From Eledone cirrhosa (Eukaryota): 64,000 nucleotides of DNA. Below the pieces are notes generated by a model that saw only the letters and a program-made list of their open reading frames with translations, searched no databases and was not told the origin of the DNA. The DNA lies in assembly GCA_964016885.1 (NCBI GenBank), contig OZ024746.1, positions 99,386,001-99,450,000 on the forward strand, given 5' to 3'. The position numbers and the translations under genes are program-made. Shown here in pieces: positions 41,757-53,959 of this stretch; position 1 is the stretch's first letter; each line of letters starts with the position of its first letter.

Positions 41757-42497
41757 TAATTGAATATAAAAGAGAGATAAACACAGATATAAACATACAT
41801 GTGTTCAAATTGTAAGGTACCAAGTTTGCTAGGGTGAAAAAAATACTAACTATAACAACCAGACTAAATTTAAAATAATAAATCAAGAAAAAGAAAAACA
41901 AACATATATTGGGCAACTGCCTGAACACCCAGACAGCTTTGGTGGATGTTCCGCAATTTTTAGCGAAGGAAATTACCAATTTTTTGCTCATCAGTGGGTG
42001 TAAAATTAGTAAAACTTCTTTATTTGAGCTATTTAATTGTAGGAGACTATTTTGAATTCCTAACTCAATATATACCTTTGATATAGTCGGCTATTTCAAA
42101 CTTTGTTGAGCTAATTTAAATGTCGTGCAAACTTGGCTGCTATTTTTAGTAGTGTACGTTTATTAGACACGCTAGGTTCTGGTGCCACGTACGTTATTTT
42201 ATATTCACACAGTATTCAGTCTCCTGAGATAATTAGAAGTGAAGAGATTACTAATTTTACACCCACTGATGAGCAAAGAATTGGTAATTTCCTTCGCTAA
42301 AATTGCGAATCAGCCAACCAAAGCTGTCTGGGAGTTCAGGCTGTTGCCCAATAGAGGTTTGTTTTTCTTTTTATTGATTTATTATTTTAGTCTGGCAAAC
42401 TATATTGTTATAGTTAGTATTTTTTACACCCTAGCGAACTTGGTACCTTACAATTTGAACACATGTATGTTTATCTCTCTTTATATTCAATTATATT
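41757..42497. repeat. ~250-bp diverged inverted repeats
   Basis: About 41757-42012 versus 42248-42497. Confidence 0.88.
42259..42335 (+). ncRNA. Decayed hammerhead (inverted partner 41925-42001 on minus)
   Basis: ACACCCA-CTGATGA-GCAA...TTGC-GAAT (GGAA in partner)-CAGC...GCTG-TC^TGGG(A/T)GT. Confidence 0.62.
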
Positions 42498-42511
42498 GCA
42501 CGGCTCAGAAA

Positions 42512-42555
<44 letters not shown>

Positions 42556-42629
42556 TGGGAAAGTAACCAACATAAATTACTCTGTCTTCGTGAAACCCTG
42601 GGTAATAATTATATTGCGTTGTTTATAAC

Positions 42630-42680
<51 letters not shown>

Positions 42681-42858
42681 TATTTAAACTGATAAAACTC
42701 GAACACAATTGTGCTTTTCGTATATTTCTAAATAAAAAGCTACCCCACACACACATAGATTATTAAAAAGGTTTTTGACAAAAACATTCATTCTGGCTAC
42801 AGGATGAGACAGAATCCTATGTATGCATGTACACAACGAGGCACACACACACACGCAC

Positions 42859-42937
<79 letters not shown>

Positions 42938-42940
42938 ACA

Positions 42941-42994
<54 letters not shown>

Positions 42995-43133
42995 GTGTGT
43001 ATATATATATATGTGTGTATATATATATATATATATGTGTGTATATATATATATATATGTGTGTGTATATATATATATGTGTGTGTATATATATATATGT
43101 GTGTGTATATATATATGTGTGTATATATATATA

Positions 43134-43178
<45 letters not shown>

Positions 43179-43187
43179 ATATATATA

Positions 43188-43218
<31 letters not shown>

Positions 43219-43501
43219 GTGTGTGTATATATATATGTGTGTATATATATATATATATACATGTGTGTATATATATATATTTATATATATATATATATAT
43301 AGTTATACTTATACTTGGGGAGGGTCATATTTGTGTAATATTGCCAGAATTAATAACAGAACACACTCACTGTTTGGTTGGTTTTCGCTTCTGTGTCTTT
43401 TATATCGGTAATTTAATTTATTCGGTCCTCAATGTTGCCATTGACTGACCAACGGTCAAAAACACAGATACAATATAGACACAAACACATATATATAGTT
43501 T

Positions 43502-43543
43502 ATCAAAGTTCTTTCGTTGCACATCTGCAACATCGCCAGTGGT
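43502..43543 (-). ncRNA. Decayed hammerhead of the 2.9-kb family (another at 34267-34309 on minus)
   Basis: CTGGCGA-T-GTTGCA GATG TGCAAC-GAAA-GAAC-TT; stem II differs in sequence but still pairs. Confidence 0.55.
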
Positions 43544-43586
43544 GCTATTGTTTCCTCCCGTTACATTGTATTTTCTACGCCATCTT

Positions 43587-43657
<71 letters not shown>

Positions 43658-43790
43658 ATATATATATGTATATATATATACATGTATGTATATATATATG
43701 TATATATATATATATATATGTGTGTATATATGTATATTTATATACATGTATGTATATATATATATGTGTATATATATATATATGTATATA

Positions 43791-43852
<62 letters not shown>

Positions 43853-43856
43853 CATA

Positions 43857-43896
<40 letters not shown>

Positions 43897-43900
43897 CATA

Positions 43901-43954
<54 letters not shown>

Positions 43955-43958
43955 CATA

Positions 43959-44024
<66 letters not shown>

Positions 44025-44028
44025 CATA

Positions 44029-44089
<61 letters not shown>

Positions 44090-44333
44090 TCATTTTATTA
44101 AGGCTAAATAGTGAGTCCTGTTTATCACAAAGTCATCAGACAAGACAAGACCCATGTCTGATGATCCTGCAAGTGTGCAGGTGAGAAGTCAAGGCGCTTA
44201 GCCATAGAAAAGGAATATATATATATATATATAGTACACACACACATACACACACACACATATATATATATATACATACATATGTGTGTATATATATATA
44301 TATACACACTCGCGCGCGCACACACACATATAC

Positions 44334-44364
<31 letters not shown>

Positions 44365-44449
44365 AAAGGTAAACAGAAATAACAACACAATCGGTACAGT
44401 ATATGGAAGGGATATATTAGGTTAACGCTTGAATATAGCAGGAAGAGGG

Positions 44450-44485
44450 TCTTAACGTTTCGGACACTAGTCCTTCATCAGAAGA
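44450..44485 (-). ncRNA. Minimal type I hammerhead about 420 nt downstream of the SLC7A9-like stop, same strand
   Basis: TCTT-CTGATGA-A-GGAC TAGT GTCC-GAAA-CG-TT^AAGA. Confidence 0.75.
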
Positions 44486-44905
44486 AAGATTGAGAAATAA
44501 GGTAGATTGAGGGGACGGGTGGGTTGGAATTTGAAAAAATGTCTTTTGATAAAATATATATACGCATACACACCGAATATATTTGAAAAAAATTTGAAAA
44601 CATTTATGATGACAAAATCAGACAATCAATTGAATTATATTAGTCTTCTTTTTTGAAACATTGAAGTCATGATGGAAGAAATAGAAAACCAAAACAAAAA
44701 AACAAAAAAACAAAAAAACAAAAAAACAAAAAAAAACAAAAAACAAAAAAACAAAAAAAAACAAAAAATTCCAAACAAAATTAGGTGTGTTTTTTTCACT
44801 TATTTCATTATATAAAACACTTTTGAAAACAGCAGTTTAAAATATTTGATTATGATGATCTAAAGATTTTTTGCTTCACTGGAGAGCTCTGACATCTCCT
44901 CGGCC

Positions 44906-44964
44906 TCAGAACTCTTCACATTGTACAACACACAGTAGCTTCTGTAAGAACAATTGGAATCTTG
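44906..44964 (-). CDS. SLC7A9: SLC7A9-like terminal coding exon: (A)RFQLFLQKLLCVVQCEEF*
   Basis: Pyrimidine-rich tttgttttgtttgcag acceptor; phase 1 join gives the LQ.L..VV C-terminal motif of LAT proteins; TGA at 44906-44908. Confidence 0.85.
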
Positions 44965-45845
44965 CTGCAAACAAAACAAAAGAGAAAGATAAGTAACAGT
45001 AAAATACAATGCACCTCCGGCATTCGCGGTTTATAGGCTGTTCCGTTTATCATATCAATTGGAACACTTGTCGTCGTAACCGACGGAGTGTCGTTATTTA
45101 TAATCTGACAGATATGTTTGGCTGGAGTAATGGTCAAATAGAGTGCAGTCAACACCCGGCATTCGCGGTCCCGGTTATTCGCGAAATTTTCCTTAGAACC
45201 TAACTAATAATTGTTCATGGAAACCACTGCATATTCACGGAATCGTAAATATCTTCCACGATCTTTTATGGCTTTTTTCGTGGCAATATATACGCTAAAT
45301 TATTAATAACAATATTTTCTGGCCTATGTTTTACGTGATGTTTTGACGTTTATAGGCATTTTTATGGACCACCTCCAATATTCGCGGTTTTTCACTTTTC
45401 GCAGGCACTCTAGGAACGTAAACCCCGCGAATACAGGGGGACAACCGTATATCACTTTTGAAATTACCTTTAAGTTTCAAAAGGCCTGTACAATGCGGTT
45501 GAAATATATAAAGGATTAAGAATGACAAATAAAACAAAACAAAGTAACGTTTTACCCAGAATATTTCAACATATTTCGGGGCTAGAGCCCTATTTTCAGA
45601 TGTGAAAGGAAAACGTTTCAATAAAAAGACGAACGAAATGTTTAATTGTTATAAATGCGGCTAATAGTTCGAAAAATTATAGTCACATTAACAGTAATTC
45701 ATTTATAGAGTTAATTATTTTTAATTAAGCATTGTATCTCTCTTCTTTTACTCTTCATAAATAACTTTATTAATTTTTCTCGTCGTATTGTTTATTGTAT
45801 AGAAGTTAGTTGTTCTAAGCCAGTATTTTAATAAACATATTTTAC

Positions 45846-46014
45846 CTAATCCAGGTGGAGAAAACTTCTTGTAAACAAATGGAACGTAGAAAAGTATTCC
45901 ACTGCAGATGAAAAGGAAAGCGAAGAAAAACTCCATCTTTGGATTTTGGATAACTGGTGCCAATACAAGGTAAGCCGACATGATTACAACAATTATTGGG
46001 ATCACAATTGGTAC
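45846..46014 (-). CDS. SLC7A9: SLC7A9-like exon: VPIVIPIIVVIMSAYLVLAPVIQNPKMEFFFAFLFICSGILFYVPFVYKKFSPPGL
   Basis: gaacag| and |gtaaa, 169 nt (phase 0/1); last two transmembrane helices of the LAT family (VP..IP...LVLAP...SG..FY..FV). Confidence 0.92.
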
Positions 46015-46130
46015 CTGTTCAAAAGAGATAAAATATGATTAATTATTTCTGTCATTTTCTTTTATAAAACAATTATAAACAAGGGGAAATGAGACAACCT
46101 TTTTCGAGCAGTGGCCCACATATATAAATA

Positions 46131-46832
46131 AAAATAGACCGAGAAACAAGACTGTCCTTCATCAGTAGCCTGCTGATTATCATTGGTATTTCTTCGTATT
46201 AAAGACTAGATACCTAAAATCAGTGCGAGCGATAACTAAATTAAGTTATCGAGACAGAGGAAAACAGAGGAAAGGAAACAAACAACATGGTAGTAATGCA
46301 ACGTAAAGAGAGGAAAAGAAAGACAAGTCAATGAATGTTGTGGGCTTAAGTCCGACAAATCAAATGACGAGAAGAAACAGACACGTCCGAGCCACGAGAA
46401 AAGTGAGAGAGGAAAGAATTTCACGCAGGTCAGACGGGAGGAAGTGAGAGAGGAGGAGTAGCAGAGAGTGAGTGAGTGAAAGTGTGAGGAAGGGGCCAGC
46501 CGAGAGTGTGTGACCAGCAGCGGGAGTGGAGGAAAGCAAGAGGTGAAGGAGAGAGAAGGGGGAAGGAGATAGAAGGGGGATGTGAAGGAGAGCTCGTCAT
46601 TTGATTTGTCGGACTTAAGCCCACAAGATTCATTGACTTGTCTCTCTTTTCCTCTCTTTACGTTGCATTACTACCATGTTGTTTGTTTCCTTTCCTGTTT
46701 TCCTATGTCCCGATAACTTAATTTAGTTATCGCTCGCACTGATTTTAGGTATCTAGTCTTTAATGCGAAGAAATACCAATGATAATCAGCAGGCTACTGA
46801 TGAAGGATAGTCTTGTTTCTCGGTCTATTTTT
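46131..46832. repeat. ~240-bp inverted repeats around a purine-rich spacer, inside an SLC7A9-like intron
   Basis: About 46131-46369 versus 46593-46832. Confidence 0.9.
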
Positions 46833-46876
46833 ATTCATATGTTCATATTCGCAACAACGCAGCACGCCATTTTTAA

Positions 46877-46935
<59 letters not shown>

Positions 46936-47098
46936 CTTTGTTTCAATTGCTTTATGTTACTATGATGTTTTCTTCAAACCTCTTTATGAATATTGTCATT
47001 GAATATTTCAATGTAGTTTTAGTACAGAAAAATATTTATTATATTTTATAATGCTTTGTCAGAATTATAAATATAAACCAGCTAAATTGGAGACTTAC

Positions 47099-47248
47099 CT
47101 TCAATGGTCTTTTAAGTTTCGGTTGAGTTATCCGTAAATATATTACTGTGAAAGCACCTAAACCATAAACAGTCCACGCAGAGAAACTATAAAAATCAAT
47201 TAAAGTTGATATCTTTCCAGGAATAATGATGATGATTCCCATCAGGGC
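47099..47248 (-). CDS. SLC7A9: SLC7A9-like exon: ALMGIIIIIPGKISTLIDFYSFSAWTVYGLGAFTVIYLRITQPKLKRPLK
   Basis: ttgcag| and |gtaagt, 150 nt, phase 0/0, continuous with the neighbouring exons; IPG...SF.AW..YGL...RP.K LAT motifs. Confidence 0.92.
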
Positions 47249-47270
47249 CTGCAATTTAGTAAAATATACA

Positions 47271-47560
47271 TTAATAGCTAACATTTCACACTTACAATGT
47301 AGTATACACATATTAATAGCTAACATTTCACACTTACAATGTAGTATACACATATTAATAGCTAACATTTCACACTTACAATGTAGTATACACATATTAA
47401 TAGCTAACATTTCACACTTACAATGTAGTATACACATATTAATAGCTAACATTTCACACTTACAATGTAGTATACACATATTAATAGCTAACATTTCACA
47501 CTTACAATGTAGTATACACATATTAATAGCTAACATTCCACACTTACAATGTAGTATACA
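47271..47560. repeat. 42-bp minisatellite, about 7 copies
   Basis: TTAATAGCTAACATTTCACACTTACAATGTAGTATACACATA at 47271, 47313 ... 47523. Confidence 0.95.
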
Positions 47561-47641
47561 TCATCAACCGAGGGTTGGAATAGTCAAGCCAATAGGTTAT
47601 GGGAAAACTAGTCAAGTATTCTCTGCTCTATCGCAGTAAAT

Positions 47642-47986
47642 CAGGGGTTCTCAAAGTAGGCGCTACCGTCCCACCCCCAGGGGGCATTGAGAAAGTTCAG
47701 GGGGCACTGGAGCGTAAGGGGGCAGTAGTGGTGGTAGAGATGATATAATAGTATATTAAATATCAAATGATACATATATAAAAATATAGTAAAATAAAAA
47801 ATATATATTTATTTATACATAGTATATATTATATTATTTATTATATATAAATTAAAAATTTCGTTTATTATATATTATTTATAATTTGTGTGTAGGTAGG
47901 TCTCTCTGGAAATAGGGTTGGGGGTGCTGAGAGTATTACATGGCCGTGAAGCGGGGATGGTGGTCCAAAAAATTTGAGAAACTCTG
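47642..47986. mobile_element. hAT-Charlie-like MITE
   Basis: CAGGGGTTCTCAAA...TTTGAGAAACTCTG with 8-bp TSD CAGTAAAT/CACTAAAT. Confidence 0.75.
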
Positions 47987-49408
47987 CACTAAATTATGAC
48001 CGTTACCGAAACACTTAACTCTTGGATGAAACTGTTCACTGAATTGCAAATAAAGTTTACCAAATATATTCGTTGGTTGTAAAAGCAACAGCAGTATTGT
48101 ACAATTGGGTATTTTTGTTAGCTTGCAGTTCTGGGTACAATATCTTTAATTGGGACTAGATTGAAAAGTGTTGTTACGATCAAATATATGTCTGCGGATT
48201 GGAAATTCTACTCTGATTTATCATAAATACAAGCAACATAAAGCCGGCGTCTTCACTAGTACCAGCACGACGCAATCCGTTGTGAGAATCATGAAGTAAT
48301 AGTAGAATATAATTGTTTGGACTTTTAAGTCTACTTGTCTTCTAATGAAAAGCCAATTAGCCATGAAACATGTTAGAGCAAATTTTCATGTCTTTTTATG
48401 TAAGAGAAATTTAGAATGATTGGGAGTCTCTCCATACAGTGAATTAGGGTCAATAATATAAAAAGACACACACATGTACACCAGGTCCGAACACAGAGGA
48501 GCCGAACTCTTACTGTCATCTCCTCCGTCTCTCCCGCCCTCCTCATCTCTCACTATTATGAACAAATGGGGTCTCACGCACTGGTCGCCCCACGGCAGAC
48601 GGAATAGAGAAGGCGTTTCCCCAGAGGATGGTAAGGGAGATGTGCTGGAAGAGTCATTCTATCTCGCGAAGCTCACACCTGCGGCTGGCCAGCTCAGCGC
48701 CTATGGTGGTGAATAGGGAGGTAGCTCTAGGGCCAAGGACACCAGAAGTTTCCACGACGAACTTAATGCCTCCGTTTATCTTTCAGATTGATCGAAGCCT
48801 TTTAATTTCACTTAACGTTGCTACCGATATCTTTGTGAAGAACTGAAAATAACACATATTATTACCGTCACTTCCAAAAGTATGGCCTTTTGTGGAATTA
48901 TTTCTCTGGGGAGAGGGCATGGTAGAATAAAATCTCGGGAAGTGTTAAGATAGCTTTGATTTTGGGGTTCGTGTTCTGGTGGAAACTATTTTATTTGACA
49001 TAACATTAATTCTCTTAGAAAAGTAAAGCATGACATTTAGTTCCCTTGCAAAGGAATGACATCAGAGTTGTTTTCTTTTATTTTCTCATTGTCATTAAGT
49101 ATTATATTTTTAAAAACGAAACCAATGTCTCTCACTGACAGTAAAAAATGGCCAGTTGTTAAGATACCACAGATAAACATTTAATTTTGTCTGTGCCTGA
49201 TTGCAAATGAATTCGTACTATCTGTAATACAACCTAAAGTATCTCTTTCATGGTGTTTACAAACTGAATTAGATTTTGTCGACATAATATTTCAAATTAT
49301 GAACTGACATAACTGTCTATTTGACGCCTGCAAGTTGGGTATTATTCTAAGAAACTGGGCATTAGTCAGATCGGGAAGATGTTTTTAGCGATGTTAAAAT
49401 ATTCTTAC

Positions 49409-49505
49409 CGTGAAAATAACTGATGGTACTGGTGTGAGTTGCTTATGATGAATATATGAAAATACTCGTGGGAAATGACCTTCTCTTCCAGCAACATAAC
49501 ATAAC
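49409..49505 (-). CDS. SLC7A9: Internal exon of SLC7A9/b(0,+)AT-like amino acid transporter light chain: (R)[32 protein letters not shown]
   Basis: Bounded by tgtag| and |gtaag; 97 nt (1+32 codons). Closely resembles the SLC7A9 segment [11 protein letters not shown]...LTPAPAIIF as recalled. Orthology versus other SLC7 LAT members not tested. Confidence 0.9.
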
Positions 49506-49543
49506 CTACAAGCAAGAAATTGTATATATATATATATATATGA

Positions 49544-49576
<33 letters not shown>

Positions 49577-49594
49577 TGTATGTATGTATGTATG

Positions 49595-49625
<31 letters not shown>

Positions 49626-49910
49626 GACAACCACCAAGAACAACAAGCACTGTCATCAACATCAACATTACGAACACCACATAAACCACCAAAAAACTAC
49701 CAACTACGCTACCAACAAGCCACATGCCTACCACCAACGTCATATATATATGTGCATACCTGTATGTATGTATGTATGTATGTATGTATGTATGTATGTA
49801 TGTATGTATGTATGTATGTATGTATGTATGTATGCCTGTATGTATGTATGTATGTATGTATGTATGTATGTATGTATGTATGTATGTATGTATGTATGTA
49901 TGTATGTCAT

Positions 49911-50787
49911 GTCAGGTCACCAGTTGGTGCTACTGGTAAGATGTATCCCAGTACAACCTGTCTCATGGTCGGGTCATTGGCGACTAAACTAGCAACCCCA
50001 CCAAGGTTTCTTGGTGAGGAGGGTCACTTTGGACATCCTGCAGGACTAAAAACAAAACCTGTCAAAGGGCAAAGGAGCTCTTAAGAGTCAATGGCCATCC
50101 AAGATCACCGGGAGAGATGACCCCTTAGCCTTTGTCAAGGCAGAATTCTAGGAGAAGGAAAACTCTGATATAACACCTGCAACCCTGATGGTATCCAATG
50201 ATGTTGACTTGTTATTCTTTTTGGTAAATATCATCTTGGTTAAGAGAGTGGGACTGGCTTTGTGCAGTGTCTTTGCTCACTATAAAAGCTTCACGGCACA
50301 GGCATTGCTTTATATCTGGAGATCTCTCTGCACTTGTCGTCACATGGTACCATGGGCCCAGCACTATGTGTCAATAATTGTCACAAGTGTAGTGTTTGTA
50401 GCAGAGTTTTCAAGTCGCTGGCTGGACTAAAAGTCACACTCGTCAGCGCATCGGTAGGGGTTCTCCTACATGGATATAAAGTAGTGGCCGTACTCGAAAA
50501 CGAGTTGGCAGCCACCACCATGTATGTATGTATGTATGTATGTATGTATGTGTGTCAGGTCACCAGTTGGTGCTACTAGTAACATGTATCCCAGTACAAC
50601 CTGTCTCATGGTCGGGTCATTGGCGACTAAATTAGCAACCCCACCAAGGTTTCTTGGTTAGGAGGGTGACTTTGGACATCCTGCAGGACTAAAAACAAAA
50701 CCTGCCAAAGAGCAAAGGAGCTCTTAAGAGTCAATGGCCATCCGAAATCACCGGGAGAGATGACCCCTTAGCCTTTGTCAAGGCAGA

Positions 50788-50790
<3 letters not shown>
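49911..50790 (+). mobile_element. Putative non-autonomous RTE-derived element, 643-bp unit plus a partial second copy, in (TATG)n
   Basis: 49911-50148 is repeated at 50554-50790; the unit ends with HKCSVCSRVFKSLAGLKSH (RTE-type C2H2 remnant) and a (TATG)n tail. Confidence 0.6.
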
Positions 50791-50821
<31 letters not shown>

Positions 50822-51624
50822 AACTTCGAAAATATTAATGGTTTTTTATATAGGTACATTGCCATCTATTTTGTGGGAGAAAGTTGATTAAATCGACCCC
50901 AGGGCGTGACTGGTACTTTATTTTATCGACCCCGTAAAGATGAACGGCAAAGTTAACTTCGGCGAGATTTGAACTCAGATCATTAAGGGCCGTAGCTCTA
51001 TGCTGCAAAGCATGGCATCCGACCCTCTACCGATACTGCCAATCCACCGACCTCAAACTACGAAAAAATTAATAATAACTTTTACATTTACGTAAAAAAA
51101 TCATTTTTCACATTGCTCATTGCCAGAAACTATTGGGCAAGCAGGATGTTGTCAATTGAATTCGCGCCAGTTTATATCAACTACGTATTATATATCGACA
51201 CAAGAAGCACCATGAAAGAAAAACAAAAACGATTTTTACTATTTCTGTAGCTCGGCCTTGTTAGGAGCTAAGGAAGCATCAATTCTGCAGCGTAAATCGT
51301 TTATTTCTGTAACCATAAATCACAATAGTTAGTTACAACTAACTATTGTGAGTTATGTTATTTTAACATAGTGAGCTACCAAAGATATGTGGCTGGGGAG
51401 TTAGAAAATATTGTTAAATAACGATTGTTAAATAATGATTAGATTAAATGTAAAAATCAATATGAATTGACAGAATAATGGATGTTATGAATATGTAAAG
51501 AGCAAATATAGCGCAATGCTTTAACCCTTTAGTATTTAAACCACCTGTATCCAAACGTAAACCAATTACATCAATTGTCAAGTCAAAAGTACTCAAACTA
51601 TACGATCATATAAAAATATCAATT

Positions 51625-51822
51625 CGTGGTGTGAGTAGGTTATGCCTGGAAGGAAGGTTGGCTGGTAAGAGAAGCAGAGGCCGGCAGCCAAAACGATGGC
51701 TTTATAATGTTCACTTATGGACTGGACTTGATCTTTGCTCTTTGAACTCTGCTGCTGGTGATCAAACCTTGTGGAAAGAGATATCACATGTTTATGCGCA
51801 GTCTGTAACTGGCGGAGCTTAG
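51625..51822 (+). mobile_element. RTE-like LINE 3' fragment inside a TTAA MITE
   Basis: LEGRLAGKRSRGRQPKRW motif. Confidence 0.65.
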
Positions 51823-52172
51823 CATCACTAGAGATCTGGCCAGAAGTCTCTCACCTCTTTCTGTTCAAATCAGCTGCAACTGGCCGCTCTTACTAACGTT
51901 AAGGTATTGTTCTGAAAATAAATAATATCAAAATCTCATAGATTCGATATTATGTGAGGTAAAGACTTTACCACGAAAATATGACAGTATATATAGAGTA
52001 ATGTAAATGTTAAAGGGTTAATAATTAGAAATATCTTCTGCCCATACCAAATTGGAATAGATACTGAAGTTCTCGAAGGGAATGAGTAACAGAAACAGGA
52101 GAACGCTTTTCAGAATGTTTTACAGTTTTATGATTTTTCTTTGATATATTCTATGCTGAAATTACTGTCTTA

Positions 52173-52320
52173 CCTGGGACTCTAGGACTAACTCCTGTAA
52201 TACAACGAAGTTACCTTTCCTGGGACTCTAGGACTAACTCCTGTAATACAACGAAGTTACCTTTCCTGGGACTCTAGGACTAACTCCTGTAATACAACGA
52301 AGTTACCTTTCCTGGGACTC
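52173..52320. repeat. 46-bp tandem repeat, 3.2 copies
   Basis: CCTGGGACTCTAGGACTAACTCCTGTAATACAACGAAGTTACCTTT at 52173, 52219, 52265 and partially 52311. Confidence 0.95.
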
Positions 52321-53900
52321 TTTTTTGTTATTAATGGTTTCTAACCAGAGCTCTGTGTCTAGTACAGGTAATCGATGGTTGGGGTGTTTGCTTAGGTAGT
52401 CTGTAGTAACTTTAATACTCTGGTGGATGGAGTTAGCTATTTGCTGGATGCTTTCCATGGTGTTTTTCTCTAATTCCTGACTGTTCTCTAGTGGGGGTGT
52501 TTTTACTACGATGTTTATATCATCAACGTAGCGGGAGTACATAATCAGGGTTAAGAAGTTGTTGTCTTCTAATTGTTCTTTAAGTTTTTTGTCCCACCAT
52601 ACCATGAATAGGTTAGCTATGTCACCTGCAATGCTAACGCCAATGGCTGCTCCCTCCTCTTGGGCATATATTTTTCCATTAAATTTGAATATATGTTCCT
52701 TAAGGGTTAGTTTTATACTGGCCCCCACCGCATGTGCAATCATTTTCTTTAGTTCATCATGGTTTTCGGGGGTCCGTATGGCTCTGGTCCACCCGTTCCA
52801 TCTTTCTGTGTGGGTTTTCATGGCCATTGAGGTAATGGTAGGTGGTCTGCCTCTTGCTGGCCTTGTGGGGCAGAGGTTGCTAAGGTCATACGTATCTAGA
52901 TAATCATTATTATATGTGAGTTTAAGTAGGAGTCCCAGCTCACTGGTATCAATTCCACGGAATTCAACATTGCTCTCACTGATAATTTCTACGCATTTCT
53001 CCACAGAAAAATCCACGTCAATGGATGGGTATAGGGACACTATATCCATACTACCTATTATACAGTCTGTTCGGTCCCTAGACAGGTTATTTTCGCTGAT
53101 TCTGCTGAGGAGGCCCTCCATGCTGTCACATATATCCGGGACATTTCAATGATGGGGCGTACGATCAGGGAGAGGAAGTAGAAAAGTCTGTAGTTGCTAG
53201 CAATGTTAGCTCCACAGATTGGCCGTGTTGGTGGTCCTGTGACTGGGTCACTGTACGTCTTATGGTCTTTTCCAAGCCCATACAACGTTGGCACGTCATT
53301 GTTCCAGGCCTGGAAGTTGTTGGCAGTCCGTTTATTAGGCTGCATTATGTTTGTCCACATCATCATATGAGCGTTGAGGGTTTTCTCCCTATCCTCATGC
53401 TCTTGTGGTGTTACTTCTCTTGTGTTAGGGATGTGTGGTTGCATTGCTTGGATGTAGTTTGACAGACTGCCAGACTTGTCTGTTGGAAAGCATGCAATCT
53501 CTCCATTAATCGACCGCTGCATGAGCTTACGCAAGCCATTTGCAGATTTTTCTACCAGTTGCTGGGCCTCTATTCTATTTTGCTTCTTGCTATACTGTTC
53601 TATAATACTTCTAAGTTTAGATCTAGCTATATTAAATTGTGCTTCTGTTTGTTAATCGACCTGCGACGGCAATTGCATGCGTTTGTTAAAAGCTAAAGTC
53701 GTGGCGTGGACTCGTCGTAAATCGAAGGACATATCAGAAGGGTTATAACAAGTAGAGTTCCAGGTTGTGTGGTGTGTTCTATTGCTATTGTTAGTCGTGT
53801 TGTTGTATCTATTTCTATTTCCACCAACAGCTTAATGATTGTTTCTATGTCTCTCATTCTTACTCCTGTTCCTTCCTTCTGACTCCTTGTTATTATCTAA
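52321..53900 (-). mobile_element. Penelope-like retroelement RT region (non-Naiad type), frameshifted near 53140
   Basis: ORFs 53058-53534 and 52303-53121: PTDKSG, LYGLGKDHK, RPICGA, SMDIVSLYPSID, Y.Q..GAAIG, RYVDD, LPVLDTELW. Confidence 0.85.
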
Positions 53901-53959
53901 TATATTTTGTGTCTGTGTGTTCGTCCTGGTTATTTCCCCTGTCATTGTCATTAGTCTCT

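Noticed and set aside
42684-44184. Long YI/HT/VC-repeat ORFs here and throughout the ORF track
   Set aside because: Translations of (TA)n, (CA)n and (TATG)n microsatellites, not genes.
45560-45610. Hammerhead-like CTGAAAA...GGGCT/AGCCC...GAAA on minus; similar weak cases at about 280-310, 7827-7860, 41498-41572, 44158-44190, 56900-56930, 62170-62187
   Set aside because: Core or cleavage triplet broken or helices missing; probably decayed remnants, not supportable as features.
47039-47536. 165-aa ORF with MLAINMCILHCKCE repeats as a repeat protein
   Set aside because: Intronic minisatellite that happens to be in frame with a real 150-nt exon.
52173-52320. CRISPR-like array (also 47271-47560 and 37025-37272)
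   Set aside because: No unique spacers, eukaryotic context and no cas genes.
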